The translations under genes and the position numbers were made by a program. DNA of 53,015 bases. Origin: a virus. Taxonomy: Duplodnaviria > Caudoviricetes. The notes beneath the pieces are model-generated. The model did not search any database, was not told where the DNA came from, and saw nothing but the letters and a program-made list of their open reading frames with translations. The number at the start of each line of letters is the position of its first letter. Positions within the stretch are counted from its first letter, which is position 1. The DNA is taken from positions 1 through 53,015 of the IMG/VR virus record IMGVR_UViG_3300006641_004726; one strand, 5' to 3'. Positions 26,821-35,886 of this stretch are shown one piece after another.

Positions 26821-26962
26821 TTCAATATGGTCAGAAGTCCCTTCTTTGCCTGGGCGGCGATGACGGCTTCGGGGAAGTTCCGCCTACGGTCTCCGCAGAG
26901 TCGCTGCCAGGGGTCTGTCTCTGAGTGACGGCCCGCTTTGTCCTCCGTTTCCGGCGCGGTCG

Positions 26963-27331
26963 TTAACGGTTGCCCGTCAGGGCTTCCGGTGTGTCCATGG
27001 TGTAGCCATTCAACTCATTGTAGTTCACAATGGAGTAGAGGCTGTATTTTGCCGCCTGGGCGTAGTACTGTTCGGGATACTCGAACGGGAACACCATCTC
27101 CTGCATGTTCACGTCCGGCGTGTCCACGAAGAAGCCCGGGTTTCCTGTTGCGGAAAGCTGCCGGGCCTCGTTGACGTCGAGCAGAAGGGAAGCCCCGATT
27201 GGGGGCTCCGTCATCACCGACCACTGTGGATTCTGTTCCAGAACTGCGCGGTACTGCAGCGAGTCCGTGTAGTAGAGGTAGCCAAGCTTCCTCCAAGTGT
27301 CTCCAGGATTCCAGGTGATCGTGACGTTCAT
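26963..27331 (-). CDS. Tail protein X/LysM-like baseplate protein
   Basis: WNPGDTWRKLGYLYYTDSLQYRAVLEQNP. Confidence 0.75.
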   Translation of the reverse strand: MNVTITWNPGDTWRKLGYLYYTDSLQYRAVLEQNPQWSVMTEPPIGASLLLDVNEARQLSATGNPGFFVDTPDVNMQEMVFPFEYPEQYYAQAAKYSLYSIVNYNELNGYTMDTPEALTGNR

Positions 27332-27822
27332 CAGATGAAACCGCCGTTGCGACGAGCGTTGAACATGAGGCGAGCAGCGATCTCACGACCGCGGGTTTTC
27401 TCCACGCCGGCTTCGGCAATGATCTGGTCCACACCAGCCTTCTCCACGGAGGCGGGGGTGATGGCGCTGGCACGAATCTCAGCCAGGCGCTCCTCAGTCA
27501 TCGGCTTCAGACCTTCGTCCTTCTGTTGAGCCGTGTTCTCAGGGTCCTTGCGCTTGTCCGCCAGCATCTCAGCAAGTGCAGTTGTGTCCACCGGAGCGGC
27601 AGCTTCAGGTGTCTCAACCGCCACAGGAGCCTCTGGTTCCACGGCAGGTTTTTCACCAGCGGGAGCTTCTTCAGGTGCCGGTGCTTCTTCGACAGCGGCT
27701 TCAGGGGCTGCTTCCTCAGCAGCCGGTGCGTCTTCCCATGCTTCGTTCACATCAGGAGTTGCGGGATTGTCACCCTTGAGGGTGCCGTCTTCGTTGCGCG
27801 CGCGGCGTTTGCGAGTTGCCAT
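27331..27822 (-). CDS. Acidic Ala/Glu/Pro-rich hypothetical protein (163 aa)
   Basis: ATG 27822 (MATRKRRARNEDG) lies 2 nt after the upstream stop. Confidence 0.7.
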   Translation of the reverse strand: MATRKRRARNEDGTLKGDNPATPDVNEAWEDAPAAEEAAPEAAVEEAPAPEEAPAGEKPAVEPEAPVAVETPEAAAPVDTTALAEMLADKRKDPENTAQQKDEGLKPMTEERLAEIRASAITPASVEKAGVDQIIAEAGVEKTRGREIAARLMFNARRNGGFI

Positions 27823-27824
27823 GG

Positions 27825-28235
27825 TTACTTCCGTTTGGAGAAAAAGATGTTCTTGAAGGCGATGGCACCGAGTGCGGCCAACGCTTTTGGTGGGATGCCG
27901 ACCCACGGGCGGGCGGGCATTTTGGAGGTTCCGAACTGGTGGTACGGGCCGTAGAACGTGGTGTCCACGGCGAAACCTCTCTGGTAGGGCACGATCTTGG
28001 CCGTGTCCTCCATCTTGCCGGTCGCCCTGAGGATGGGCTGCCCGGGGTATCGCTTATCCTTCCAGGCTGCGTAGCCGGGAGATAGCTTCTGCCAGGGACG
28101 ACCGCTTGTGGGATTCTTCTCATCCTTCCAGAATGGCTTCTGAGCCTCCAAGAGGACTGGAGCCCACTCTTTCTGTGTGGGAGCCCACCAGTTGAAGTTG
28201 ATCGTCGGTAGGTTTTTGACCTTGAACTCGATCAT
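27825..28235 (-). CDS. Virion morphogenesis/tail completion protein (Mu gpG/P2 gpS-like)
   Basis: GRPWQKLSPGY...ILRATGKM...YHQFGTSKMPARPWVG; ATGA overlap at 28232-28235. Confidence 0.85.
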   Translation of the reverse strand: MIEFKVKNLPTINFNWWAPTQKEWAPVLLEAQKPFWKDEKNPTSGRPWQKLSPGYAAWKDKRYPGQPILRATGKMEDTAKIVPYQRGFAVDTTFYGPYHQFGTSKMPARPWVGIPPKALAALGAIAFKNIFFSKRK

Positions 28236-28657
28236 TTCTTCTTCTTCATCTCGGCTTCCTGTTTCTTCACGAAATCGTTCACGATGTCGATCATGAGAAG
28301 GATCTTTGGGACCGGTTGCCTTTCCAGCCAGTCGACCGACTCGCCCCACCGTTCCTTCGAGAGGTGGAATGCGTTGGTCAGCCAGTTCTCGACCGGCATG
28401 ATCTTGCCTTCGAGGAGGTTGGTGATGCCCCAGTTGAAGATCGACTGGGTCTCGCTGACGGTGAAATGCTCAAGGCCGGCTTCGTCAAGGAGGAGGCGAC
28501 GCAGGGTGGAGAATGCCATTTCCTGGTCAGATGCCCCCTCGTTCTTGAGGATCTGGATGTAGTAGTAGTCCTTCGGTGTCAGATCTCTGAACTCCGCCGG
28601 TCCCCTCTCACCGACCCAGACCTCGTAGGTGAAGTCCTCTCGGTCCCTAACCGTCAG
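28232..28657 (-). CDS. Frameshift extension (T part) of tail assembly chaperone
   Basis: The -1 frame is open from the slippery site through LTVRDREDFTYEVWVG...EMAFSTLRR...KKKK to 28232. An in-frame TGA lies just 5' of the slip site. Confidence 0.75.
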   Translation of the reverse strand: MTVRDREDFTYEVWVGERGPAEFRDLTPKDYYYIQILKNEGASDQEMAFSTLRRLLLDEAGLEHFTVSETQSIFNWGITNLLEGKIMPVENWLTNAFHLSKERWGESVDWLERQPVPKILLMIDIVNDFVKKQEAEMKKKK

Positions 28658-28980
28658 TTTGGGTCTTCATCCCCGTCAGTGCCGCTGGCCTGGGCGACGA
28701 GGTCACTCAGCTTCCGGAAGTCACGCACGCCGAGATCGAGGACCTCGTCATAGGTGATCTTGTCGGTGCCGACAACTAGGCGCTCGATAATCTTCATGCC
28801 CTTCTCGATGTCGCCGGACTTACCGAGTTCCTTCTCCATGTAGAGGAGGTCACGACCGGTCATCTCGCGGATGAAGATCTCTCGCCCGTCGCTGAGCTTG
28901 GTCGAGTAGGTGTTGACCTTGGGCTGAGGCTTGGGCTTCTGAACGATTTCAGTGCCTTCCTGTTCCGAAACGATTTTCAT
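28654..28980 (-). CDS. Tail assembly chaperone (G part, 108 aa)
   Basis: KLSDGREIFIREMTGRDL...ITYDEVLDLGVRDFRKL, a Mu gp41-like pattern; ends GAC CCA AAC TGA. Confidence 0.8.
   Translation of the reverse strand: MKIVSEQEGTEIVQKPKPQPKVNTYSTKLSDGREIFIREMTGRDLLYMEKELGKSGDIEKGMKIIERLVVGTDKITYDEVLDLGVRDFRKLSDLVAQASGTDGDEDPN
28657..28663 (-). other. -1 programmed ribosomal frameshift heptamer C CCA AAC
   Basis: X XXY YYZ pattern immediately before the chaperone stop codon. Confidence 0.8.
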
Positions 28981-29231
28981 GCTGGTGAGTTTTGTTCGGG
29001 TGTGTGATGAACTTTTACCCCAACACATGCAAGAAATGCCTCCAAGTCCTCGTAGGAGGAGCCTGGAGGCAGCTTCATGATGTTCATGCTGGCGTAGGAG
29101 AACGATGTTTTCGCTCCCCTGATGTCCCCACTGAGTAGGCGATCTAAAGCATCGATCGCCCATTCCTCAGCATAGAGAACCTCAAGACAAGGCAAACCTT
29201 GGTCGTTGCATGGAGTGGATTGATTGCACAT
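28977..29231 (-). CDS. Hypothetical protein (~84 aa)
   Basis: Fills the gap between kinase and chaperone with an ATGA overlap; start uncertain. Confidence 0.45.
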   Translation of the reverse strand: MCNQSTPCNDQGLPCLEVLYAEEWAIDALDRLLSGDIRGAKTSFSYASMNIMKLPPGSSYEDLEAFLACVGVKVHHTPEQNSPA

Positions 29232-29742
29232 TTGCCCAGACCTCTTCGGCTCCCCATTCAGGGTCTACCATGAATGAGGGGAACATGGTCACGTAGCGGT
29301 AGAAGTTCTCCATCTCGTCGATGTAGAAGTGGTGTTCATTCTGCCGCGACATGAACGCATCGCGCCTTGCCCAGTGGGCTGGCAGGTGATGCCTCTTGTT
29401 CAGTTCCTCCCAGTGAAGTGGTGCGCACCAATGCCAGGGCTTGGTCACACCGACGTGAATAACCTCGTGCCTCTTGCTCAGCTCGAATTCGAGATCCATG
29501 ATCTCCACGAGATGATCGTGGTTTCGCTTCCGGTAGCGCTCGAGAATGAACGCACAGAGATAGCTGCGGTCCCAGATCTGGTCGCCACCCTCCTCCAGAT
29601 TCCGACGGTAGATGTCAAAGATGTCGGGATCGAAGACGTCGGGGGCGTTGTGATGCTTGACCTTGAAGCCAGTGAGATCGGCGAGGTTGGCGGCTAGTGT
29701 TGATTTCCCGACTCGGTCGGGGCCACCTAACAGGATGAGCAT
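29182..29742 (-). CDS. P-loop nucleotide monophosphate kinase-like protein (paralog 1)
   Basis: GGPDRVGKST Walker A and WDRSY thymidylate-kinase-like DR motif. Confidence 0.8.
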   Translation of the reverse strand: MLILLGGPDRVGKSTLAANLADLTGFKVKHHNAPDVFDPDIFDIYRRNLEEGGDQIWDRSYLCAFILERYRKRNHDHLVEIMDLEFELSKRHEVIHVGVTKPWHWCAPLHWEELNKRHHLPAHWARRDAFMSRQNEHHFYIDEMENFYRYVTMFPSFMVDPEWGAEEVWANVQSIHSMQRPRFALS

Positions 29743-29745
29743 GCG

Positions 29746-30117
29746 TCAGACTCGGCTGTAGCAGACGGAAGCGACGCCTTGGGAAGGCGAAGCGATTTGG
29801 GAAAAGGCACCGTAGGAAAGGTCCAGGGAACGCCCGTAGACGTGTGGACCGTCATCGTTGATGCGCACGATGACTGATTTGCCGTTGGCTTGGTTGGTCA
29901 CTCGAACGCGAGTCCCGAAGGGGAGACTCTTGTGGGCGGCCGTCAGGCCATAAGCATTGAACCTCTCGCCGTTGGCGGTTGTTCGCCCGTGGTACCCGTC
30001 ACCCACACCGTAGTGCGAAGCTTGAGTACATGACGCCGCCTGAGCTGCATTGGGCGCTAAACCCGCAATGCCCAGGACGGTGGCTGTGAGGCTCGTGAAG
30101 ATGGAACGTAGCATCAA
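29746..30117 (-). CDS. rlpA: RlpA-family lytic transglycosylase (DPBB) with signal peptide
   Basis: ASHYG...[10 protein letters not shown]...[17 protein letters not shown]...VRINDDGP...LDLS. Confidence 0.92.
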   Translation of the reverse strand: MMLRSIFTSLTATVLGIAGLAPNAAQAASCTQASHYGVGDGYHGRTTANGERFNAYGLTAAHKSLPFGTRVRVTNQANGKSVIVRINDDGPHVYGRSLDLSYGAFSQIASPSQGVASVCYSRV

Positions 30118-30146
30118 TTTGGATAGAATTCGACCTCCCCTATCCG

Positions 30147-30341
30147 TCAGAGGGAGAAGGCCATGCGCTCGGCCTCCTCTATTGAGTAGTAGTCTAGATT
30201 GACGGATACCCGGACCGACGAGGGAATTTCCCTCCCCCGCTTGTCAAGAGGAATGACCTCAACATGCGGGTAGAGACGACGCAACGGGGAGAGAAGCGAC
30301 GCGTGGACTCGGGATTTCTTCTTGTTTGATTTGCGTGCCAT
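30147..30341 (-). CDS. Small basic hypothetical protein (64 aa)
   Basis: [12 protein letters not shown]..., downstream of the polymerase stop. It overlaps a structured region, so it may be non-coding. Confidence 0.45.
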   Translation of the reverse strand: MARKSNKKKSRVHASLLSPLRRLYPHVEVIPLDKRGREIPSSVRVSVNLDYYSIEEAERMAFSL

Positions 30342-30369
30342 TGGCTTGACCAGTTTAGGAAGAGGAAAG

Positions 30370-33168
30370 TTAGAGTAAACCGCGCTGGACAAGCCCGTGG
30401 CGGGTCTTGAGCCGGTCGATGGCACCCAGCTCAGCCAGCTCGCGCATGCTGAACTCCTGGCCGTCAGGCTCATCCTTGCCCTGAGGGTTGGACGGACTGA
30501 CGGTGCACTCGTGAGGTGTCTTCCGAATGCGGTTGTCGATGGCCACAGACGAGAAGAATGCTCGACTGAGAGGCACATCGGGAAGTCCCACAGAGGACTG
30601 GAAGCGAGCCCAGGTGTAGAGGTGGGCGATCTGGTAGGCGACAGCCCACAGCTCAGCGTGCTTCTCTGGAGCCATCCACCAGATCTCGTCGTGGATCGAG
30701 ATGATGAAGCGTACCTGAAGCTTGTACTCACGCATCAGCCAGTGGGCTGCGGTGAGGATTGTGGCCAGGATTTCTGCGCCCGACGCCTGAATCGTCCAGT
30801 TGATGCGACCAGTCAGGAAGTCGTCTCCCACGGCCGCGGGACGCAGTGCGGTCGAGATCTTGGTGCCGAGGCACGGAAGCTGAGGCACCTTGGTCTTGAG
30901 AGCGAGACGTTCCATGTAGTTGAAGCAACCGGAGTCGCTACCGCCTTGGAATGGCTCACTCTTGTACTGACGGTAGCCCTTCTTCGCCTCCAGCATCTTC
31001 ATCGCCAGGTTGTTGAGCTCCCTGGCGTTTCGGTCTGGGAACTTGCGGCGGATTGTGTTGGCCACAGTCCGCATGCCGGCGCCGTAGAGAACTGCGAAGC
31101 CCACACCCTTGGCAGTGTCACGGTCCACGCCGGCCGCTTTTGCCAGTGCGGAGTGAGGATCAGTTCCCTGCTCTTTCGAGCCGGAGAGCACACTGAAACC
31201 CATGGGAGAGCCGCCCACGACCCCTGTGTCCCACGCGTCACAGTAGGCGGACGCGATCTGAAGCTCCTGACCGTCAAAGTCAGCACCCACAATCTTCCAG
31301 CCGTCAGGCGCAGACACGCGGGTCTTGAGCTCTGTGCCGATGCGCCAGTTCTTGGTCGAGCACATGGTCACCATGAGCGGTTCCACAGTGCGTCGCGTCA
31401 CAGTGCCGTGAGCCAGGATCTCTGGCAGGGTGATGTAGGCGTCCTCACCGTGTGGATTGTGAGCCTTGACGAAGATGCGATCCATCACACGCTTGCGCAC
31501 GGATGTCCAGTAGGAGGTCGCGTTGGCGATCTCGAGAGCTCGCTTGGCCTCAGGCAGGTCGCTGTCGAGACGACCGACCTTCATGTCATCGACGAAATCC
31601 TTGGACAGCAGCACACCCACATTGTCCTTCTGGTTCTTGGGGTGGGGGATCTTGGTGAGCTCACCTTCTTCGTTGGTGTAGCACCAGCCCTGTTTCTTGG
31701 TGGCTACGATCGGGCTGCCTTCCCACTTCAGCTTGAGCAGCAGGTGGGCGAGCTGGTTCTTCGGCGTGATGCGTCGGTCGGGATCCTTGATGAAGTCCCG
31801 ATACCAGTTGGGGATGTGGGCGTACTTGCCTTTCACAGTCTTGACATCCCAGTCCAGCTGGTGGAGCCACGGGTCACGGTCTGCCCACGCCTGGGCTTTC
31901 TCAGGATTCTGGTCGTAGATCTCACGCCACGCCGCGTAGTGGGTCTCAGCCAGCTCACGGCAGACGTCGCCCATCTCACGGATGTAGCTGTGGTAGGTGT
32001 CCTCACAACGCTGGATCCACTTGGTCCAGTCCTCAGGCAGAGGAATCACCGAGCCGTTGAGGTGGTACATGCCACACAGACCCACCATGCTCGGAGTCGA
32101 GTCGAGGTACTTTGGCCAGATGGCTTGGAACAGCTCAGCGGTGTAGAACGCGTCCTTGACGGCATAGTCGAGAGCCTCGAAGATGGCGTGGCGGATGACA
32201 GCGAGGTCAGGTGCGGTCACGAACAGGTCTCGCACCTCCTTGTCCTCGTAGCCCAGCTTCTTGGCTTCACCACCGAAGAACTTGCGCACCTCGTAGACGT
32301 GGAAGTTGTAGCACTCGACCAGGGAGTTGGTGGAACCAGCCTCGAGCCACTTGGGGGCGAAGCGGAGCTTCCGTTTCTCCTCCTCGGTCATCTCCTCAGG
32401 TTCCTTTCCCGCAAGAACGTACAGCCAACGCTGACCAGAAGCAAGACCAGAAACCCCGATGTGAGCGGAAAGAGTGTCGAAGTAGAAGTTCTCGGGCTCG
32501 GAACGGTCGAGGGAATAGGCTTCGCGAGAACGAACGCGGTCATAAGAGATGTTGTGGCCTGCTACGAACTTGTTCTCCCCGATGGGGATCATGTCGTACT
32601 GCGTCCACTCCGACTGCGGGATCGAAGGATCGATAAGTTCCGCCGCAAGCCAGATGTAAGCCGCTTCAGAGGAGAGCGCCGTTCCGATGATAGGGAATGC
32701 GCCTCCAACCACGAAGGTCTCAGTGTCAAAGGTGAACGCTTGCTCGAGAGGGTGCGGGACTGTTTCCGTAGTCCACTTGCCATCCTTTCCAAGCGTGTAG
32801 CGAGTCCATCCAGGGTTGAGGACAAGGTCGTCAATGCCTGGGATCGGCGGGAGCGTGGCTTGAGCGAAATCATCTGCTGCTTTCTTGTGGTGGCCGATCT
32901 GCTCTTCTGCGATCTTCTCGAAGTGTTCCTCGATCGTCACTCCCTTCAGATCGGGAAGGGGGAGTGGCCCGTCGTACATGCCTTCGGCGTGAGAGACAGG
33001 GACGGGGACCTTGAACTTCTCCAAAAGAGAAACCGCCCGGTCCAACTGTTTCTGAGTCGGTTCCGGGCGGGGAACTGTGCCGAATAGCTTCCGGTGAACC
33101 TCGTCAGAGACCACCGGATAGCCGAGTTCGTTCTTGCGCATGTGCGGCACGTTGAGTTTTGTCATCAA
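30370..33168 (-). CDS. Family A DNA polymerase, mitochondrial Pol-gamma-like
   Basis: Exo motifs FDTET, GHNISYDR and YAVKDA. Pol motifs VGADFDGQEL, RDTAKGVGFAVLYGAG and ISIHDEI. Gamma-specific blocks DPWLHQLDW, GTVTRRTVEP and AFFSSVAID. Confidence 0.92.
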   Translation of the reverse strand: MMTKLNVPHMRKNELGYPVVSDEVHRKLFGTVPRPEPTQKQLDRAVSLLEKFKVPVPVSHAEGMYDGPLPLPDLKGVTIEEHFEKIAEEQIGHHKKAADDFAQATLPPIPGIDDLVLNPGWTRYTLGKDGKWTTETVPHPLEQAFTFDTETFVVGGAFPIIGTALSSEAAYIWLAAELIDPSIPQSEWTQYDMIPIGENKFVAGHNISYDRVRSREAYSLDRSEPENFYFDTLSAHIGVSGLASGQRWLYVLAGKEPEEMTEEEKRKLRFAPKWLEAGSTNSLVECYNFHVYEVRKFFGGEAKKLGYEDKEVRDLFVTAPDLAVIRHAIFEALDYAVKDAFYTAELFQAIWPKYLDSTPSMVGLCGMYHLNGSVIPLPEDWTKWIQRCEDTYHSYIREMGDVCRELAETHYAAWREIYDQNPEKAQAWADRDPWLHQLDWDVKTVKGKYAHIPNWYRDFIKDPDRRITPKNQLAHLLLKLKWEGSPIVATKKQGWCYTNEEGELTKIPHPKNQKDNVGVLLSKDFVDDMKVGRLDSDLPEAKRALEIANATSYWTSVRKRVMDRIFVKAHNPHGEDAYITLPEILAHGTVTRRTVEPLMVTMCSTKNWRIGTELKTRVSAPDGWKIVGADFDGQELQIASAYCDAWDTGVVGGSPMGFSVLSGSKEQGTDPHSALAKAAGVDRDTAKGVGFAVLYGAGMRTVANTIRRKFPDRNARELNNLAMKMLEAKKGYRQYKSEPFQGGSDSGCFNYMERLALKTKVPQLPCLGTKISTALRPAAVGDDFLTGRINWTIQASGAEILATILTAAHWLMREYKLQVRFIISIHDEIWWMAPEKHAELWAVAYQIAHLYTWARFQSSVGLPDVPLSRAFFSSVAIDNRIRKTPHECTVSPSNPQGKDEPDGQEFSMRELAELGAIDRLKTRHGLVQRGLL

Positions 33169-33204
33169 GGGTAGTGTAGCGTGGTTTGGCTTGAGGAAAC
33201 CCTC

Positions 33205-35886
33205 TTAGGAGATAGTAACGTTGAACGGTCCGAATCTGCCTTGAGGGCCGGTGACGTAGTAGATGCCGAAGAGACCCAGAGTGTACAACTCACTCTCAGT
33301 CGCAGTAAAGGTTGTGACTCCAGTATACTTCCTTGAAGGAGTAAAAGGAGAGATGGCGCTAACCCAGATCTCAAGAGAGCTAACCTGAACTGCTCCACCG
33401 TTGTTGAAAGTCGGGAGAGTTAGAGTGCAGTTGTACGTGGTGCCTGTGCCCTTCGTGGCCGTGAAAGCCCAGGGAGTGGTGCCACCGTAAGGAATCGTGG
33501 GGTCATTCAAAGGACCGACGATGTTGCTCAGGGCTGTTGCTGAAGAGCCTGTCTTTGGGTTGACAGCGGTCCACTTAATAGCTGTGTAGTTGCCGGACCC
33601 GGGGAATGGGGTGTCACTAGGGTCGCCTGGAGGGTCAGATAGGAACTGCTTAGAGTTTGGAACGGCGGAGTTCCGCAGCAGGTAACTTCCCACGCTCGGG
33701 TAATTGTTCTGTGTCTGAATTCCTGAAGGGAGCGCACTACCAAGAGAGTTACAGAGAATGTACTCTTTTGTGATCGTGATGGGGTCTGCGCTTCCATCAG
33801 TTGCGGTTGAAGCAGAGTACGTCGCTTGAATAGAGTTGTCGTATAGGCCAACTTTCGCGAAGTTCGTGCTTCCAACTGTCAGCTGACCAACTGACGTGAA
33901 GTACACCGACGGTGCTGGGACTGGAACGGAGGAAGTGTAAGTGCCTGAGTCTGAACCGGCAGCGTTAGTTACGGTGTAGTCCACCTCGATGAGGAGTCCT
34001 ACGAAAACGTCCGAGAGGTTGAGAGTGAGACCGCCATTCTGAATCGCAGTCTTTGTTCCACCGGCTTTCACAGTGTACCAAGTCCACGCCTCGGTGTAAG
34101 CGGCAGGAATGCCGGCCTGAACGGTTGGCTTGGTGAATGTCGCCACAGTTCCGGGCTGGAACGGGATAGAAGCTGTCGAAGTGACGGTTCCGGGTGCCGT
34201 GATTATCGGGCGAGTGCCGCCGATTTTCCAGGTGGGGCTATTTTGAGTGTAGGTGTTCCCCTCGAACGTCACGCTGTAGGTAGCGTAGGCGTCTCTCCCG
34301 AACCACGAGGCGAGGATAGTGTAAGGATCGCTCGCAGATGCGCCACCTTGGAGTGTTCTCAGCTGCCCTTGGATCGGAACCGTTCCACCATACGCAGTGT
34401 TCTGAGGCTGACTTTGTGGGTACACCAACTGAACACGATCACCCACTTTAGGGGGCGCACCGGGAACAGTAAGGTTGGTGTAGCTACCTTGAGAGGTGAA
34501 GGTGAAGAAGTGGCCCGGACGAATTGGGTTGCTCAGACTCAATACACCAAGGGGGTACAGTGGGCTGAAAGCTGTGGTTCCGTAAGCGACGTCTTTCCCA
34601 ACTTCGGCTTCAGTGAGGGTGTAAGTCGTGTCTCCGATTGTACCTATGCCCACCCAGTTCGGCACGCCAGCCGTTCCGTCATTGCGGTAGAAACGGTTTA
34701 TGGTCGACGTGATGGCGGGAACAGCATCAAAAACTGCGGGTGTGCCTGTGACGATTGTGCCAGGATAAGCGGTGTCGCCAGTGTAGGAAATCACCGGTTT
34801 AGTGACCACATTGAGGTAACCCTCAGCTGGGCCAACTATCTCTGACAGACTTGTTGCGGTGAGGATGCCAATAGTGCCAATGGTCCTGAACGCGAAGCTC
34901 TTACCAAAATCAGCAGCCGTTACGGAGAAAGTCGTAGAGTCGGCATAACCCACTGGGATGGGGTTGTTCGGATCAGTGACGTCAACAAAGCCGAATGAGA
35001 CACTAGGAGGACCATACGACTGAAAGACCGCTGGTGTTCCAGTTAAACCATCTCCGACATAAAGCGGATCCTTGATGCTGATTTTTGAAGGAGACTGAAT
35101 CACAATCTCACCGCACACAGCAATGGTGTTAGTGAGAGCAAACGATGAGCCGCCCGCGCCGAACACAGTCGTACGCACAGCCACTTCGTCGCCTACAGCG
35201 GTAGGTGGAATGACAAAAGTATCGCCACCTAGTTGCCAAACCTCGTCCGAGTTGTTGGCGTTCACCCAAGTAGTGAAGGTGCTGTAATTGGGTTGTTGTG
35301 AGAAGATAGTAGCACCGGAGAATGACAAAACATCTCCGGGAACTGGACAGTAGCTTGGGTCCGAGTTAGGAATTGCAATCTCAATGGTTCCGGGATCAGT
35401 GATGATCGGAGCCGGAGCGAGACATGGCCCGTAAGGAACGGTTTGTGTGCCAACAGTGCCGACGCTGTTGGAGGCGACGGTTTGAACAACGAGGTTGTAA
35501 GCAGCGTCAGCGATCTGAACGGTATAGTTCAGTCCAGTGCCAACGATTAAGGAGGTTCCACCCGGATTGTAACGAATCCAGTTGTATTGAACGGTGATTG
35601 GGGCGGTTCCGGTTACAGTGCCGGGAACGAAAGTCAGGGCGGTCCCAACTTCTGGACTGCCGGAGATAGTGCCCGCCGACTCAATCTTCGGATCCGGAGC
35701 GTAGACGCCATCCGGATAAGTGGGGCCTTCAACTGTACTGCCTTCGCAGACGTAAGCCGCACCGAATCCCGTGTCGACGTAGGCGACGGGGAGGCGATAC
35801 AGCGGTTGACCGCCAACAATGGTCCAGCCGATGACTTCTGTTCCGGCTGCCGAGTTGGCATAATTTGGGAATTGAGGGTTTAACAT
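33205..35886 (-). CDS. Ig-like repeat virion protein (head/tail fibre candidate, 893 aa)
   Basis: Repeated P-x-I...G-x-x-L-T...W modules (e.g. ISGSPEVGTALTFVPGTVTGTAPITVQYNW); Thr/Pro/Gly-rich. Confidence 0.65.
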   Translation of the reverse strand: MLNPQFPNYANSAAGTEVIGWTIVGGQPLYRLPVAYVDTGFGAAYVCEGSTVEGPTYPDGVYAPDPKIESAGTISGSPEVGTALTFVPGTVTGTAPITVQYNWIRYNPGGTSLIVGTGLNYTVQIADAAYNLVVQTVASNSVGTVGTQTVPYGPCLAPAPIITDPGTIEIAIPNSDPSYCPVPGDVLSFSGATIFSQQPNYSTFTTWVNANNSDEVWQLGGDTFVIPPTAVGDEVAVRTTVFGAGGSSFALTNTIAVCGEIVIQSPSKISIKDPLYVGDGLTGTPAVFQSYGPPSVSFGFVDVTDPNNPIPVGYADSTTFSVTAADFGKSFAFRTIGTIGILTATSLSEIVGPAEGYLNVVTKPVISYTGDTAYPGTIVTGTPAVFDAVPAITSTINRFYRNDGTAGVPNWVGIGTIGDTTYTLTEAEVGKDVAYGTTAFSPLYPLGVLSLSNPIRPGHFFTFTSQGSYTNLTVPGAPPKVGDRVQLVYPQSQPQNTAYGGTVPIQGQLRTLQGGASASDPYTILASWFGRDAYATYSVTFEGNTYTQNSPTWKIGGTRPIITAPGTVTSTASIPFQPGTVATFTKPTVQAGIPAAYTEAWTWYTVKAGGTKTAIQNGGLTLNLSDVFVGLLIEVDYTVTNAAGSDSGTYTSSVPVPAPSVYFTSVGQLTVGSTNFAKVGLYDNSIQATYSASTATDGSADPITITKEYILCNSLGSALPSGIQTQNNYPSVGSYLLRNSAVPNSKQFLSDPPGDPSDTPFPGSGNYTAIKWTAVNPKTGSSATALSNIVGPLNDPTIPYGGTTPWAFTATKGTGTTYNCTLTLPTFNNGGAVQVSSLEIWVSAISPFTPSRKYTGVTTFTATESELYTLGLFGIYYVTGPQGRFGPFNVTIS

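Noticed and set aside
21676-26928. 1750-aa plus-strand ORF (also 30397-33087, 16869-18788, 13826-14806, 52-720)
   Set aside because: These are codon-aligned antisense shadows of strongly biased minus-strand genes, with no recognisable motifs.
26918-26960. Hammerhead ribozyme (plus-strand CTGAGTGA)
   Set aside because: The core does not match CUGANGA and no correctly placed GAAA follows.
28981-29163. N-terminal extensions in the ORF track (28654-29163, 30147-30731, 27825-28349, 43095-43751, 41104-41355, 669-1418)
   Set aside because: They run through upstream genes or promoter elements. Downstream ATGs fit the operon packing.
30120-30260. c-di-AMP (ydaO) riboswitch upstream of rlpA
   Set aside because: Only fragments (CGGGGGA, CCGUCA) resemble the consensus and the conserved GCUGAAUC/CUAAC elements are missing. 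Kept only as an unknown structure.
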